A DNA stretch of 62,769 nucleotides, filler included, from Welwitschia mirabilis (taxonomy: Eukaryota), in the NCBI GenBank assembly GCA_051453625.1. It is 6 parts of one record of this genome, joined end to end, with 100 filler letters (N's around TTAATTAATTAA, not from the genome) between each part and the next. Parts side by side here need not be neighbours in the genome. Positions count along the whole stretch, not along the records: positions 35,403 to 41,008 come from JBOZIK010000001.1; positions 41,109 to 60,779 come from JBOZIK010000001.1; 4 more parts are not named here. One strand, 5' to 3'. This document shows, piece by piece, positions 36,794-50,600 of the stretch (position 1 is the stretch's first letter; every line of letters begins with the position of its first letter). Under the pieces are notes generated by a model. That model saw only the letters and a list, made by a program, of their open reading frames with translations, was not told the origin of the DNA and did not search any database. The translations under genes and the position numbers were made by a program.

Positions 36794-39700
36794 TGTTGGA
36801 GAAATGACTTTCAATGATAACTATTTGTCCAAAGTGATCAATCTGGAGCTCCTATCAAGTAATCTGAACACTGAAAATTATCAAGAAGATATATACAGGC
36901 TAAAGAAAGGCAATGGAACTAAGCAAACTGACTGAAGCAAAACAAAACTAAGAGTAGTGAAGAATCAACGCACCAGAACATCCACCCTGTGAAGCTAGGA
37001 TGTCCGGGCCTATGTGCAATCAATCAATATGGAGACGTCTGCCCTATGAAACCTAGATGTTGATGTTTGGGTCTATGTGATTTGTTAATATAGGGACTTT
37101 CGCCCTAAGAACCTAGGACATCCAAGACCCCTCTTGGATTTAACAAAAACCTAGTAATAAAACCAAGACGTCAGACTTATCGAATGAGATGTCCAACCAA
37201 GCAAATGTTGAGCGAAAACGTTAATCAAAACGACTGTTATATTGGACACTTCAAGTGCCAATGACCAAGAGACTTTCAGGGCACACAAATCAAATTCCAG
37301 AGCACTTCAAACAACAATCTAACAGCTAGTTTTCAAAAGAAATCCATAAATATGTGTTGTGTCCTTATCAAACTAGAGAACTGTATTACACTCTACTGAA
37401 CTACACTGTTGTATAATTCACTGCTTGTACTACACTGAGATATCTACCTATTGTAAAGATATTGGACCTATAGATGATGCACTATGCATAAAGGCACACC
37501 AACTATTAGGCCTTCTATTCGATTAATCTCTTGTGAGTACTCATTGGATTGAGCGAGCTAACCCTTGTGAAAAGGGTGTTGTAAACTAACCCTCGATGAA
37601 GGGTGTTGAAAGTGATCCTTAGTGAAGGGTGTTGTAAGCTACCCTTGGAGAAGGATTTTCAAAGGAAACCAGAAGGCTAAGAGCACATGGTATCCCTTGA
37701 GAGTGGAGGAGGCATGGATTGCCGAATCACTATAAATCTTTGGTGCAAACTTTCTATTTGTTTGTCTCTTTCGCTTGCTTTTGTTCTTTCATTTACTCTG
37801 GTTCATTTACTTAAGCAAGATTCATATTTAGTTACTCGTGTTAAATAAATAGTTATTTTAATGAACACCCTACCAATTCGTACAGAGCCAAGTTGGTCTA
37901 GGATAGTGTACATTTTTTGTCATTATAGGTTTAGCATATATGGCATCCATAAGTTATGCAGAAGGCCAATCTATCTCAAGACCTCTATTCTCTAGATCAA
38001 ACTACGCATACTGGAAAACCAAGATGGCCATATTTTTACAAACACTAGATAGTTACATTTGGGATATGGTGGAAATTGGGTATGTTCCACATAGTAAGGA
38101 GGGTAATGGCAAGCTATTGTCCCAACCTAGAAGTGAACAGGATCCAAACAACAAAAAGTATGCCCAATTAAATGCCAAAGCTATGAGTGCCTTAATATGC
38201 ACTCCATCTCCAAAAGAATACAATAGAATGGTTCAGTATGCAACTACTCAGGAAATTTGGGAGACTCCTAAGGTGGCTCATGAGGAAACATATGTAGTAA
38301 AGAATGCCAATTTGCAAATGTTGGCAACTAGTTTTGAAATTATTTGAATGGAAGAATCAGAAACTATTGCAAAATCTACTTTAAAATTAAAATGGCATAA
38401 TCAATAGCATGTGGGGATTGGGAGAAGCAGCTCCTCCGAATAAAGTGGTTTGGAAGATTTTCGAGAGCCTCACAAAGAAATTCAGACCAACGGTTACAAC
38501 TATCGAAGAAAGCAAAGATATTAACAGAATTAAAGTCAAAGAGCTAAAAGGATCTCTCATGGCATCTGAAGCTACTCTTCAACCTAAAGAAGAAGCTCCA
38601 AAGAAGAAAAACTTTAGTCTAAAGGCACGTCTTGAAGAAGAAGAAGAGATACATCTAGCGAAGACCTTAAAGATGATCTAGCTCTCTTGGCCAAGAATTT
38701 CAAAAAGTTCCTCTGCAAAAAGAAGGAAGACAAACTCTTAAACAAGCCATCCAAACATTATAGTAAAAAAGGTAAGAATTTGTTTGATTCATTATAATAA
38801 TATGAATGCAAAGGCTTCAGTCATATTGCATCAAAGCATGCCAATAAGAAAGGGAAAGAAACTCGCAAGCAAAGTAAAAAGGTTCTAAAGACCACATGAG
38901 ATTATCATGAAGAGACTAAATCAAGCGATAATGCGAACATTCTCAACTTTGGATCAATATCCATGAAAAACGACATAAGAGATCCATTAGACTTTGGCTT
39001 TAATGCGATAGTAGCAAAAGAAGATAAGGTACGTTACAATTTTGATTTTGAACAATGTGTTGATTCCGATCTTCAAGAAAATGAATTAACTAAAACCTAT
39101 TAGAGTTTATATGAGCATTGCATTCTTCTTAGTACGAAAAATGTAACTTTGAAGAAACATGTAGCCAATCTTGAATCAAAGCTAAATATTGCTCACAACA
39201 AGATCGAGTGTCTCTCAAAAGAATAACATAATGCTAAAAAGACAACTAAGCAGTTCACTGATGGTAGAGAGAAAATAAGTTATTGGGGATAGGTAAGACG
39301 TCCTACAACAATTTTGGTGTTGGAAGCTATTCTAGTATATCATCTAAATTCATTGGTCCAAACGCTACATATCATTCTTCCAGTAAAGCTACTCTTAGAT
39401 GTCGTTATTGTCAAAAGTTTAGACACATGCAATATTCTTGCCATGTAAGAAATCTATATATTTTGGCTATAGTCACAACATCAAGCTTAAACCCAGACTT
39501 CATCAATGAAAGCAAGGAAAGAGCAATTGGTGATGGATTAGAGAGGATACTTTGAAGCCTTTGATTACACATGAAGATTTAATAATGAGGGATCTACGCA
39601 AAGGTCAATTCGTGTCTTCGAGGAGAAATCCAAGTATTAGCGCTTGTCCCATGAAGTATGATTTTAACTTCTGAAGATTCAAAAACGATCCTATGTTTGT

Positions 39701-41008
39701 TATCATCCTAACATTCTTCAATAGGTCTAAACATTGAGTTATCATCTTAGGTTACGTGTTTTAACCTGCTTTAACTTTCAATGATTATTCTCACACTAGT
39801 TAGCTTTCGATTTGATTTTTTGAGTTGTGTAGGTTTTTGTTTACTATCTATTTGACTTGATGTTTGCAATATATTAGTAGAATGTCTATTGTTGTTACTC
39901 TAATGCTATAATTGTAGATTGATTGTCTCTATAGGATGTCAGAATGTCAAAATGAGTTTGCTTAATTAGGGTTGGCCAAAACTGATGCTTGTGCCTTGAG
40001 CACATCACACACTTTTAGAAGGCATAAATTCAAGAGAAGCAAAGCAACTAGCAATCAACTCTTGGTCTCTCCTTGCCCAAGCAACTAAGAAGTTGTCATC
40101 ATTGAAGAGAAGGGGATTGTTGAAGAAATGAGTTTCAATGATGACCAATGGTCCAAAGTGATCAATCTAGAGCCCCTACCAAGTAATCTGAACATGGGAA
40201 GTCATTAGGAAGATATCTGTAGAATGAAGAAAGGCAATGAAACCTAGCAAATCGATTGAAACTAAATAAAAGTACTAAAGAATCAGCACAGCACGATGTC
40301 AAACCTGTGAAGCTGTGACCTCTGGCACTGTGTGCAGTCAATACAGGGATGTCTGCCCTATGAAACCGAGATGTCGAGGCCTTTGTGCATTTAGTTAGTA
40401 TGTGGACATCCGCCCTGAGGAACTGGGGCGTCTAGGACCCCTCTCCGATTTAACAAAAGCTTAGTAGTAAAACTAGGATGTCCAGACTGATAAAATGGGA
40501 AGTCCAACCAGGTGAACATTAAAGTGAAAATGTAAATCAAAATGATCATTGGATTGCACACTTCAAGGTGCTAACGGCCAAGAGACTTTCAGGGCACAGA
40601 AGTCAAGTTCCAGAGTACTTCAAAACGAGAATCCAATAGTTAGTTTCAAAAGAAATACATAAATATGTGTTGTGTCATTTTCAAACTAGAGAATTGTATT
40701 ACACTCTACTAAACAACACTCTATTGTATTATTCTCTATTGGTACTACACTGAGATATCTACCTGTTATAAAGATATTAAATCCACAGCTAATGCATTGT
40801 GCGTAAAAGTCACCCCAATGATCAAGCCTTCTACTTGATTGATCTCTTGTGAGTGCTCATTAGATTAAGCAAGCTGACCCTTGTAAGAAGGGTGGTGTAA
40901 ACTGACCCTTGGTGAAGAATGTTGTAAGTGACCCTTAGCGAAGGATGTTGTAAGTTGCCCTTGGAAAAGGGTGTTCTAAGGAAACTAGTATCCTGAGAGC
41001 ACGTTGTT
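36794..41008 (+). mobile_element. Gag-only (TR-GAG-like) SIRE-related LTR element
   Basis: 5' LTR 36794-37875 and 3' LTR 40118-41008 (cut by linker) are colinear; decayed PBS TCGTACAGAGCC 37878-37889; PPT GAAGAGAAGGGGAT; no pol motifs between gag and PPT. Confidence 0.85.
37940..39570 (+). pseudogene. Copia-type gag with two zinc-knuckle remnants
   Basis: AEGQSISRPLFSRSNYAYWKTKM..LNAKAM..EIWET..TTIEESKD; YECKGFSHIASKHAN; CRYCQKFRHMQYSC. Confidence 0.85.
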
Positions 41009-41108
41009 NNNNNNNNNNNNNNNNNNNNNNNNNNNNNNNNNNNNNNNNNNNNTTAATTAATTAANNNNNNNNNNNNNNNNNNNNNNNNNNNNNNNNNNNN
41101 NNNNNNNN
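41009..41108. other. Artificial assembly linker
   Basis: N44-TTAATTAATTAA-N44. Confidence 0.95.
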
Positions 41109-41488
41109 CAGCAGAGCAAAAGCAAAATGCAAATATCAACACACCAGATTTACGTGGAAAACCCCAATGTGGGGAAAAAACCACGAAAGCAATGCAGAGC
41201 TCTCTATTAGAATGAAGAAAAAGAACAAGGACACAAATCGTCCTCAATAGCCAATTTGATAACTCTTGACTCCTACACCCTTATGGCATTCCATGCCTCT
41301 ACTCTCCTTATATAGATTTTCTTTAGGGTAGAAACCCTAACCCCAACTTCTAGAACTTTCTAGATGACCCCATTTAACTTCCTTTTTTCTTTTTAATATT
41401 ACAACAAAAAAAGGGGCTATATAAAAATATATAAAGTCACACTATAAAGGGATAAATAACATCAAGAAATTTGGCTTCACTTCCAACA
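41109..41488 (-). repeat. Tork-like copia LTR (solo or 5' LTR, cut by linker)
   Basis: GATTTACGTGGAAACCCCAATG...AAAACCAC and terminal GGCTTCACTTCCAACA; no adjacent PPT. Confidence 0.75.
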
Positions 41489-41544
41489 ACCATAAACAAT
41501 GAATTTATTTGAGTCCAAACTTATGTGAATCACAGCATTTTAAG

Positions 41545-42460
41545 ATTAACCGATGATATGTTGTCAAATGATTTTGCAAAATTGATGAGCTCCAAGTTTG
41601 AAATGAGCATTACTGGAACAATAAATATGTTCTTGGGGTCTTCAAATCCAATAGTTGGAAAATGGTATTTTGATAAATCAAAAGAAATATTCCTCAAACC
41701 TAATTAAGAAGTTCAAGCTCGAAAATGCAAAGTCTATAGATTCCCCCATGGCTACAAATACCAAACTCACTCTTGATGAAGATGGCACAGATGTTGATCA
41801 AAAACTATATCGTAGCATTATTGGAAGTTTGTTATACTTAACAGCTAGTCGACCTAACATAGCATTTAGTCTTGGATTGTGTGCCAGATATCAAGAGAAG
41901 CCCAAGGAATCACACCTGGTAGCAGCCAAAAGGATACTCCGATACATCAAAGGTATGACTAATTTTGGTATATGGTATACTTGTAATACCACTTTAAGTT
42001 TAACAGGATACAATGATAGGCTAGCTGCAAAAATGACCGCAAAAGCACAAGTAGGGGATGTTTTTTTCTTTAGCAACTGCTTCACAGCATGGTATAACAA
42101 AAAGCAATGCTCCATCTCCTTGTCAACGGCAGAAGCTGAATATATTGTTGTTGGGGCCTGTTGCACACAAACTCTGTGGATGAAAGAAACACTTAAAGAC
42201 TATGGAATTGAGATTCCTGAAGTTCCTATACTATGTCACAACTCTAGTGCGATTCACATTGTTCATAATCTTGTTCAACATACTCACACCAAGCATATCA
42301 ATCTCAGGTATCACTTTATTAGAGATTTGGTAGAGAAGAAGGTAATATCACTAGAATATGTCTCCACTTAAGACCAATTAGCTGATATATTTACAAAACC
42401 ATTATCATCTGATCGTTTTGCAATATTACGCTATTTTCTAGAAGTACTTCCAAAGAAAGA
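41545..42460 (+). pseudogene. Copia RT C-terminus and RNase H
   Basis: FEMS; LYRSIIGSLLYLTASRPNIAF; PKESHLVAAKRILRYIKG; SLSTAEAEY; TKHINLRYHFIRD; DQLADIFTKPL. Confidence 0.92.
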
Positions 42461-42993
42461 TCTGAAAGCTTCAGCATCAGCTGAATAGTAGAGTTCAACT
42501 GCTAGGTTTACTTTTTACTGTTATATCTGAACAAGCCCCAATTGACCTCATGTTCCAAAGGGGTCGACCAAATTTTGCCCAATTTTCTGTTTTTCTTCTG
42601 TCATATCTTTGAGTCCACTGCTCCTTTTCATGGGGTTGACTGGTTTTAATTTGGTTTTTCTGTTAAATCTTTTTTCTTATCAGGTCGACTGCATTACTTT
42701 TCGGGTTAACCTCATGTAGACCACGATTCAATGCTAAATGGGTCAACCATCTCGTTACTCTTCGGTTGACCACACGTCTTTTAAAATCCAATCTATTTTT
42801 CCGTCTGTCAGGTCAACCACCATACCCCTTCGGTCAACTGCTTTTAAGGCAGTGCACCATGGATTTTTAAATCTGCTCATTGTCTTTTTCTCATTTTTCT
42901 TATTCTCCTCGTCTTTTTCGCTCTGACTCTCCTTCTGTTCAAACCCTTTGACTTCCCTCCACTTTTCTCTTCAAAAATCTCTCCTCCAACTCC

Positions 42994-43990
42994 ATGGCAT
43001 CCCAGCAACCATGTTAAGATTCCAAGACAAGGAGAAAGGAGGCTACTTTAAAACCTCTCAGCTACATTATTTTTCAAAGATGAGCTTAGAGGCCATTGAA
43101 AATTATGAGAAGAATTTTGAGACATGTCCCATTGCAATGGAAAGGACCTGTAAACAGTGCAATTTCTCAGTCTTCGTGAAATCCACAGGTTACTAGAAGA
43201 GGTAAACTAAGGCTACTTTCTCTATGTAGATGGCACTTGCTACCCATTAATTACACGCCTATTCTATGCAAATGCCAAAGGATGATGCTACAAATTCCAG
43301 TCTCTCCACATTTGTGTTTGACCACAAGATACAAGTAATTGTGGATTTAATATCTTCTCTCACTAGCCTACCTCGTGGAAATCTTGGAAAATATTGCCCA
43401 CTTGTAGAGTCTTTTGAAGAGAAGGAAGTAGCCATTTAGCATCTCTGTGGCGCCTTCATCACCTGGAAGAAGACCCTCAAGGCTTCTCATCTTCTTCCCA
43501 ATTTCGTCTTTTAGATTCAATACTTTCATATAATTTTCTTTCAGTAGCTGGCCACCGTGACAAGCTGTCCAACTATCGTGACTTCTTGCTTTACTTGTTG
43601 GACCGTAGAAGAGACATTGATGCTTTTGGAAGTATGCTCCATCACATGGTCCATCAGCTTCATCCTCATAAGAAGCATTCTCTCCCCTATCCATTTCTCA
43701 TTATGCATATTTGCCAACACTTTGGCATTCCATACCTATCTCGCTAGGAGGCTCTCAAACCCATAGGCACCATTAACAGAGCCACTATCTTACGTATGCA
43801 CCAGTTTGATGAGCCCGCTCCTTCATCCAAACCAAAAGTGAAGACCTCTCACACTCCAGAGATTCTTCACCTGCTTCACAAGCTTAGATTCTCGGACTAG
43901 GCACATCAAGGCAGCTTTGATTGCTAGTTGTAGATACCTCTCAAAGTGGAGATGCTCACTCTTTTGGTGAGTCATGTGAATCTTACTAGC
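42994..43990 (+). pseudogene. Extra post-pol ORF (Transposase_32-like), disrupted
   Basis: CYPLITRLFYAN; YNFLSVAGHRDKLSNYRDFLLY...SLPYPFLIMHICQHFGIP; 3' end approximate. Confidence 0.6.
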
Positions 43991-45964
43991 TTTATCTTCT
44001 TCTGTCTTCTCTCTCTCCCTGTCCTTGATATCGGAAAAAAGGGGGAAGTCTTTCTATGAATTTTTGTATGGACAGTTGAATTTTTGTATGGTCATTTCGT
44101 ATTCTTTTGGATAGTTGTGTCAACTGTTGTACCTCCAGTCCATCTGTTATTCAAACTCTTTTGTATCTCTGGATTTGATGCTATGCAAACTTCATTGTTG
44201 TTAAATAGTTTTTGTAATGCAAACAACGTTCATTTTCATGCAAATGAATTTGATTTAGTGAATTTCTCATGTTAAACTTGTTTTATATACTTGCTATTTT
44301 TTCTTTTGTAATAGATTAAGGAGAAGCATTTATTTCCTATATTTCTCGATTAGTTTTTCTCCAATTAATGACAAAGGGGAAGTTTGTTGGAAAATGTGTA
44401 TCCTTGATTGATGTGGAGACAATAAGGTGCTTTGAAATTTTTGGTAGATATCTTGCTTTGCAGACTACTTCTCATAGCGACGACCAATTATGTTCCTAAG
44501 GGTGACCGAACTGTCTCAGGAAAACTACAGCAAAGTTGGGCAACCAAATATTCTCTCACGGCGACCAGATTCAAAGGCGAAAAATCAGTCGAGTGAAGAA
44601 TAAGCAACCGAGTCTATTTCTAAGGGCGACCAGATTCAAAGGAGAGAAATTAGTCGAGTTTAGAACAGGTGATCAAATCTATTTCTAAGGGTGATTAGAT
44701 AAACTGTGAAAAATAAGCCAAGATGTCAAAAGGCAACTGAACAGTATCATGAGGGCAACCTAGTTAAAATCAAGTTCTGCACTTGATAAGGGTGACCGCG
44801 TCTTCTGCTGCAGGTGACCCAATTAGAACCAAGATCTACGTCAGTTAAGGGCGGCCAAGACTTATTGTGAAGGCGACCAAAGTTAAATCTGACGAAATAG
44901 TTTCTATGACTCATGAAGGCGACCAAACAAATGTTACCAACCAAACTTATATCATTGTTAGCCGTTAGAGCTCATCATGCCTCTCAAAGTGAATCTCGAA
45001 AACAAAGATCCACATTGAATCCTTTAAACAGTCATTTTCTGTTCGTTCTATCTAAAGGGATCTTTCAATAAAATTTGGTCACTGGTCCATCTCTAAAAAT
45101 TCACTGTTACTGAAAGAATACCTCCTAAAAAGATTGTATTGTTCCTTGTATATTGTCATATTCTAGCGATATTTCTTAGTCATCTTGTCCCATCCAGCTA
45201 CAAAGAGCTGACTATTGTACTGCACTCTTAAGAGTACATTTGTGCACCTGTGCACATTCTAAACTCTCTACCTTCTAGTGGTTGGGGATGAACCTTAAAA
45301 TCCAGCGTTGGTTGTAAAAAGTTATTGGTGAGCTTGAAAACCATTACTTGTGGATAATACATTCTAGCTTAAGACACAGTGTTTGGAAGCTAAAGGGTGG
45401 TGTCTCTCCACCATTATAAACCTGTGCTTTTTATTGTTTTATCAAGATTTAGCAGATTTAGTTAGTTTGATTTATTTGAGCTTTAAAGTTATCCAATTCA
45501 CCCCCATATATGGTTGATCCTACATCATACCCCATTGCTACTTCCTAAACATAAGAGGAGAGTGGGATCTCAACATCAATATCCAATATTAGATGTCCAT
45601 TATGGACTCAGTAAACAAACTTACTTAATGCTAATTTTTAGAAATTACAAAGTATTCTTTTGTTTTCTCAACAAGCAAAATTTTGCTAATTTCAATCTAA
45701 ATTTCATTCTTGATTAGGGATAGCTAAGGACGGGAATAACACATTGGTTACCTAAAAAGAAGGGCATGAAGTCATTGCAATTATTGATATGTTGTTATGA
45801 AATTATGAATGTAAAAAGTGATTTCTTCAATTTCACATGCTATTAGTTGCATTAAAAAGTACAGATTTTTATTTCAATGTCTAAATTACCCACAATATGA
45901 TAAAAAATGAAAGCGACATGGTAACAATCTATTCAATATAAGGACAACAAATGTTACATCAAAG

Positions 45965-46757
45965 CACAAGAGAGGACACAGAGCAAGATACCAAATCTAT
46001 TTGTTCACTCGGGTTAGCAATATGTCCTCATTTAAAAGGGAGAAGTAAAATGAGAAGATTTACAAATGGAAATATGTGTCCAACCCCATAGCTTTTAAGA
46101 AACTTTGGAATGAAGGCCAAAATGTCATAAAGCTAACACGTTGTGACATCTAGGGACCACAAACAACCATCTATATACAGAGAGGAAGATATCAAATGCA
46201 TTGGTTCACCAAGGTTAGCGATATGTCCTTATTAAAAAGGGAGAAATGGAATGAGAAGATGTACCATAATGTTGTAAAAAACCCAATATAACAAATTTAA
46301 ACAGTAAGCAAAGCAATAGAACAGCACACACAAGTTTTAATGTGGAAAACCCAATGTGATGTTAAAAAACCATGGAAGCAATGCAAAGCTCTTTCAATGG
46401 AATCAACAGGCAAGGACCCAAGCCATCCTTGATAGCTCTCTTCTATCTCTCAAATCCAATGAATAAACCATGCCCACATCCCCTTTAAAAAGCTTTCCCT
46501 CAAGGTAAAATCCCCAAACATTACATTGACACTACAAATAGAAACTTCTAAACAAATCTAAAGTTAACCCTTTTAACTCATCCTTACCAAGAAGGGAATT
46601 ACAACATAATGGCAACTTTACAAAAGAAAACAAATGACATAACAAGAGATTTGGCTTCACTTTAACCATAAAATTTATGGAAATATGCATCCAAACACAA
46701 AGCTTTTAAGGAACTTTAGAATGAAGGCCAAAAGGCCCTAAAGCTAATAGGTTGTGT
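45965..46757. repeat. Tandem duplication of a ~200-bp unit, second copy split by a solo LTR
   Basis: AAGAT..CAAAT..GTTCAC..GGTTAGC.ATATGTCCT at ~45985 and ~46187; GGAAATATG..AGCTTTTAAG.AACTTT.GAATGAAGGCCAAAA at ~46067 and ~46679. Confidence 0.7.
46270..46666 (-). mobile_element. Solo LTR, Tork-like family
   Basis: TGTTG...GGCTTCACTTTAAC (terminal A lost); TSD CATAA at 46265-46269 and 46667-46671. Confidence 0.8.
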
Positions 46758-47699
46758 AGAGATCATCAATAATCAACTGTATATCTTTTCCATAATGAAG
46801 ACAATTTTTCCCTTTTCATTTTTTTCTTTTTCTTCCTTCTTTTTTTCCCCTTTTTTTTGGGTTTGTTTTACATATGTGTTAAGGGCATGACAAATGTAGT
46901 CTAGTTTTGTAATAAAGACAAACATGTGATGCTCCACCTTTGAGAGTGGGTATGACCATCCATATGTTTTTGGGCAAAAGGAAAGAATGCATCTCATGAG
47001 GATGGCATTGCCCATAAATATTATATTATTCAACCATTTCATCATATAAATATACATTGTGAGATCTCCAATTCATGTTTCTCCTCTATTTCTTCAATTT
47101 TTGTTGTCAAATTCATGATAAATTTAAGCCAGTCACAGGTCTGATCTGTTAAGAAAATACACAACAACAAAGTGAATAAACAATGTAGCAAGAGAACACG
47201 GAGACACAAAGATTTACGTGGAAAACCCCAATAAGGAGAAAAACCACAGGAAAGCAGTGCAAAGCTCTATTATTTTCTTCAAAGATTACAAGCCGAGAAC
47301 AGGCTTTAAGCCAACAACAAGCTTCAGGCAAAAAATGCCTCACAGAACTCTATCAACTCTCTGTCTAACAAACAATCCTTACACCACCATTAAATAGGCC
47401 AAGGGTTATAGTCAATCAGGGCTACAAGCCAAAACCCTAAAGATGGTACCATCCTTCTCTTAACACATGTCCCATCTCTACCTAATGCCCCCAATGATGG
47501 TTTTAAAATAGAAACCTCCTTAACAATATTAAAGTGGGGCCAACAAAAAAAGCATAACATTAGGGACATTACAAAGTTAATAAATGTGGCTTCACATATT
47601 AACATTCTCCCACTTGAAGACAAATTTAGCACATCTTCAAGTGCAGCTCCAGAAATGCACTACTTTCCAACCTTGTTCAAATCACGTCTCCAAGTGTAT

Positions 47700-50600
47700 A
47701 CCATGGCAGCACCACTGATGCTTATCCCTTGTAACAGCCTTGGTCAAGAAATTTGCAAGATTCACTTGTGTATGGATTTTGTGAACATCCAACTTCTTCT
47801 CCTCCAATGCTTCCCTGATAAAGTGATACCTCACATCAATGTGTTTCGTCCGAGCATGCTAAGCAACATTCTTTGCCAAATGAATGGCACTCTGACTATT
47901 GCAATAAATCACATATTGCTATTGTTTCAACTCAAATGAGTCAAGTAAACATCTTAGCCAGATCATTTCTTTAGTTGCCTTTGTCATAGCTATGCACTCT
48001 ACTTTCGCAGTAGATAAATCCATGTCTCTTTGCAAACGAGACATCCAACTAACAGGACCACCTCCCATCAAGAAAACATAACCAGTAGTGGACTTTCTTT
48101 TATCTTTACATTAAGCATAATTAGCATCCACATTACTAACAGCATCCAATCTAGTATGACCAAAACTCAAACAATAATTCTGTGTACCTTTCAAATAGCA
48201 CAAAATCCATTTGACAGCTTCCCAATGCTTTGGGCCAAAGTTGCTCATGAAACATGAGACAGCTCCCATTGCATATGATATATTTGGTCTTGTGCAAACC
48301 ATAACATACATCAAGCTTCCAACTGCTGAAGCATAAGGAGCTGTTGCCATTCTTTCCTGTTCCTCTTCTGTTTTTGGTCAATCCTCCCGAGATAATTGAA
48401 AGTGACTTGCTAAAGGTGTTGTAACTGGTTTACAATCAGCTATGTTAAAATGTTTTAATACTTTGCCAATGTAATCAGACTGACTAAACCACCATTTTTC
48501 ACATAATCTATCCCTAGAAATTTTCATCTCAAGAATCTATTTTGCAGGACCCAAGTCGTTGTTTGCAAAACGCCTTTCCATCTCCTTTTTCAGCCTCTTA
48601 ATTTCCTATATGTCATTTCTAGCAACATGCATATCATCAACACACAATAGTAAAATAACAATCTTACTAGAAGCTTCTCCATGGAGATAAATACGTGACG
48701 TACATCACTCCTCCTATATTTTTGTTCTTGCATGAAGTTGTCAAATTTCTTATACCATTGCCTCGGTTCTTGTTTCAGACCATATAAACTTCTGTTCAAC
48801 CTATAGACCAAGTTCTTCTCCTTGGTTTCAAAACCTTTAGGGAATTTCATATAAATCTCTTCTTCAAGATCGCCATGCAAACAAGCAGTCTTAATATTGA
48901 ACTGCTCTAATTCCAAATTCAAGACAACAACAATGGACAAAGATAACACGAATAGAAGAATGCTTCACTACTGGAGAAAANNNNNNNNNNNNNNNNNNNN
49001 NNNNNNNNNNNNNNNNNNNNNNNNTCTGCCCAAATCCTTTTATAACCAATCTTGCCCTATGACGTTCTTTTCCATTTGTCTCTTCTTTTATTCTAAAGAC
49101 CCATCTATTGGACAAGCCACGTTTCCCAGTGGGCAAGAGAACCACATCCCTTGTATCATTATGCCTTAAGGCATCCAACTCTTCTTTCATTGCAGCATTC
49201 CACTTCTCTGAGTTAGGTGAAGAAACAGCTTTCTGATATGTTTCAGGTTTTCCTTTATTTGTGTATAGAATATAATGCAACGATGGAGAATATCTAACAG
49301 GTGTTCTATTTGGACAAGTAGACCTTCTTATCCAATATGCAGGAGGACGAGGGTCTCCTTCACCTTCACCTTCTAAAAGATCAAGTTGCTGCAGTGTAGG
49401 CGGATTGTTTTCATCTCCATCATCCTCGTCATCAGGAGGATTACTCTTTTTACTGTCTCTATCGTGATCTGGAATTTTAAAAGTCTTTTGCAAAGCGCTA
49501 GAATTAGGAACTCCTTCCTTTTGGTTCTTTTCAAGTGACTTGTAAACTCTTTGTTGTTCACAGGGGACTACATCACGTGATCTAATCACCTTCTTGTCCA
49601 CTGGATCCCACAACCTATACCCAAGATTGTCTCCTTCATAACTTAGAGAAACACACCTCTGTGCACGTCCATCTAGTTTTGGTGTGTTCTACCGATGCAC
49701 ATACACTTCACAACCAAACACCTTCAAGTGAGAGAAAGATAGCTTCCTCCCACTCCACACGAATTCTGGTATTCCTTCTTGAAGTGCTGAATGTGGTGAC
49801 CTATTTATAAGATATACAACTGTGTTGGCTGCTTCAGCCCAAAACGTTTTGGAACTCCAGATTGCTGTAACAATGAATGCGATCTTTCTAAAACAGTTCT
49901 ATTATATCTTTCAACTACTCCATTATTCTAAGGTGTATATGGAGGTGTCTTTGTGTGGACAATTCTATTATGTCTCCAAAACATATCAAAGTCATGAGAG
50001 GTGTATTTGCCTCCATTATCTGTCATCAAGCGTTTAATTTTACAACTTGATTCATTTTCCACTCTAGCTTTACATTGTTTGAAGATATCAAAGGCTCTGT
50101 CTTTTGAGGGAATCGGAAACAACCAAGATTTTAATCAATAACATAACAAAATACAACACTNNNNNNNNNNNNNNNNNNNNNNNNNNNNNNNNNNNNNNNN
50201 NNNNNNNNNNNNNNNNNNNNNNNNNNNNNNNNNNNNNNNNNNNNNNNNNNNNNNNNNNNNTCCAAGAATTTGTTTTCAAGGACCCAAATCCTTGGTTGCA
50301 AAGCGTTTTCCCATCTCCTTTTTTAGCCTCTTAATTTTCTGTATGTCCTTTCCAGCAACAAGCATATCATCAACATACAACAATAAAATAATAATCTTAC
50401 TAGAAGCCTGTCCATGGAGATAAATATAGTGATCTACATTACTCCTCCTATATTTCTGTTCCTGCATGAAGCCGTCAAATTTCTTATACCATTACCTTGA
50501 TGTTTGTTTTAGGCTATACAGACTTTCGTTCAACCTATAAACTAAGTTCTTCTCTTTGGTTTCAAAACCTTCAAGCAATTTCATATAAATCTCTTCTTCA

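Larger units (their letters stand above)
41545..45524 (+). mobile_element. 3' half of SIRE-like copia (RT/RH, spacer, extra ORF, PPTs, 3' LTR 44385-45524)
   Basis: RT-RH ORF; PPTs AAAAAAGGGGGAAG and ATGACAAAGGGGAAG; LTR TGTTGG...CCAATTCACCCCC...GATCCTACA with GGCGACC/GGTGACC repeats. Confidence 0.85.

Noticed and set aside
41655-42371. 238-aa ORF as an active pol gene
   Set aside because: Flanked by stops and frameshifts, the SDADW motif region is damaged, and the 5' half of the element is absent
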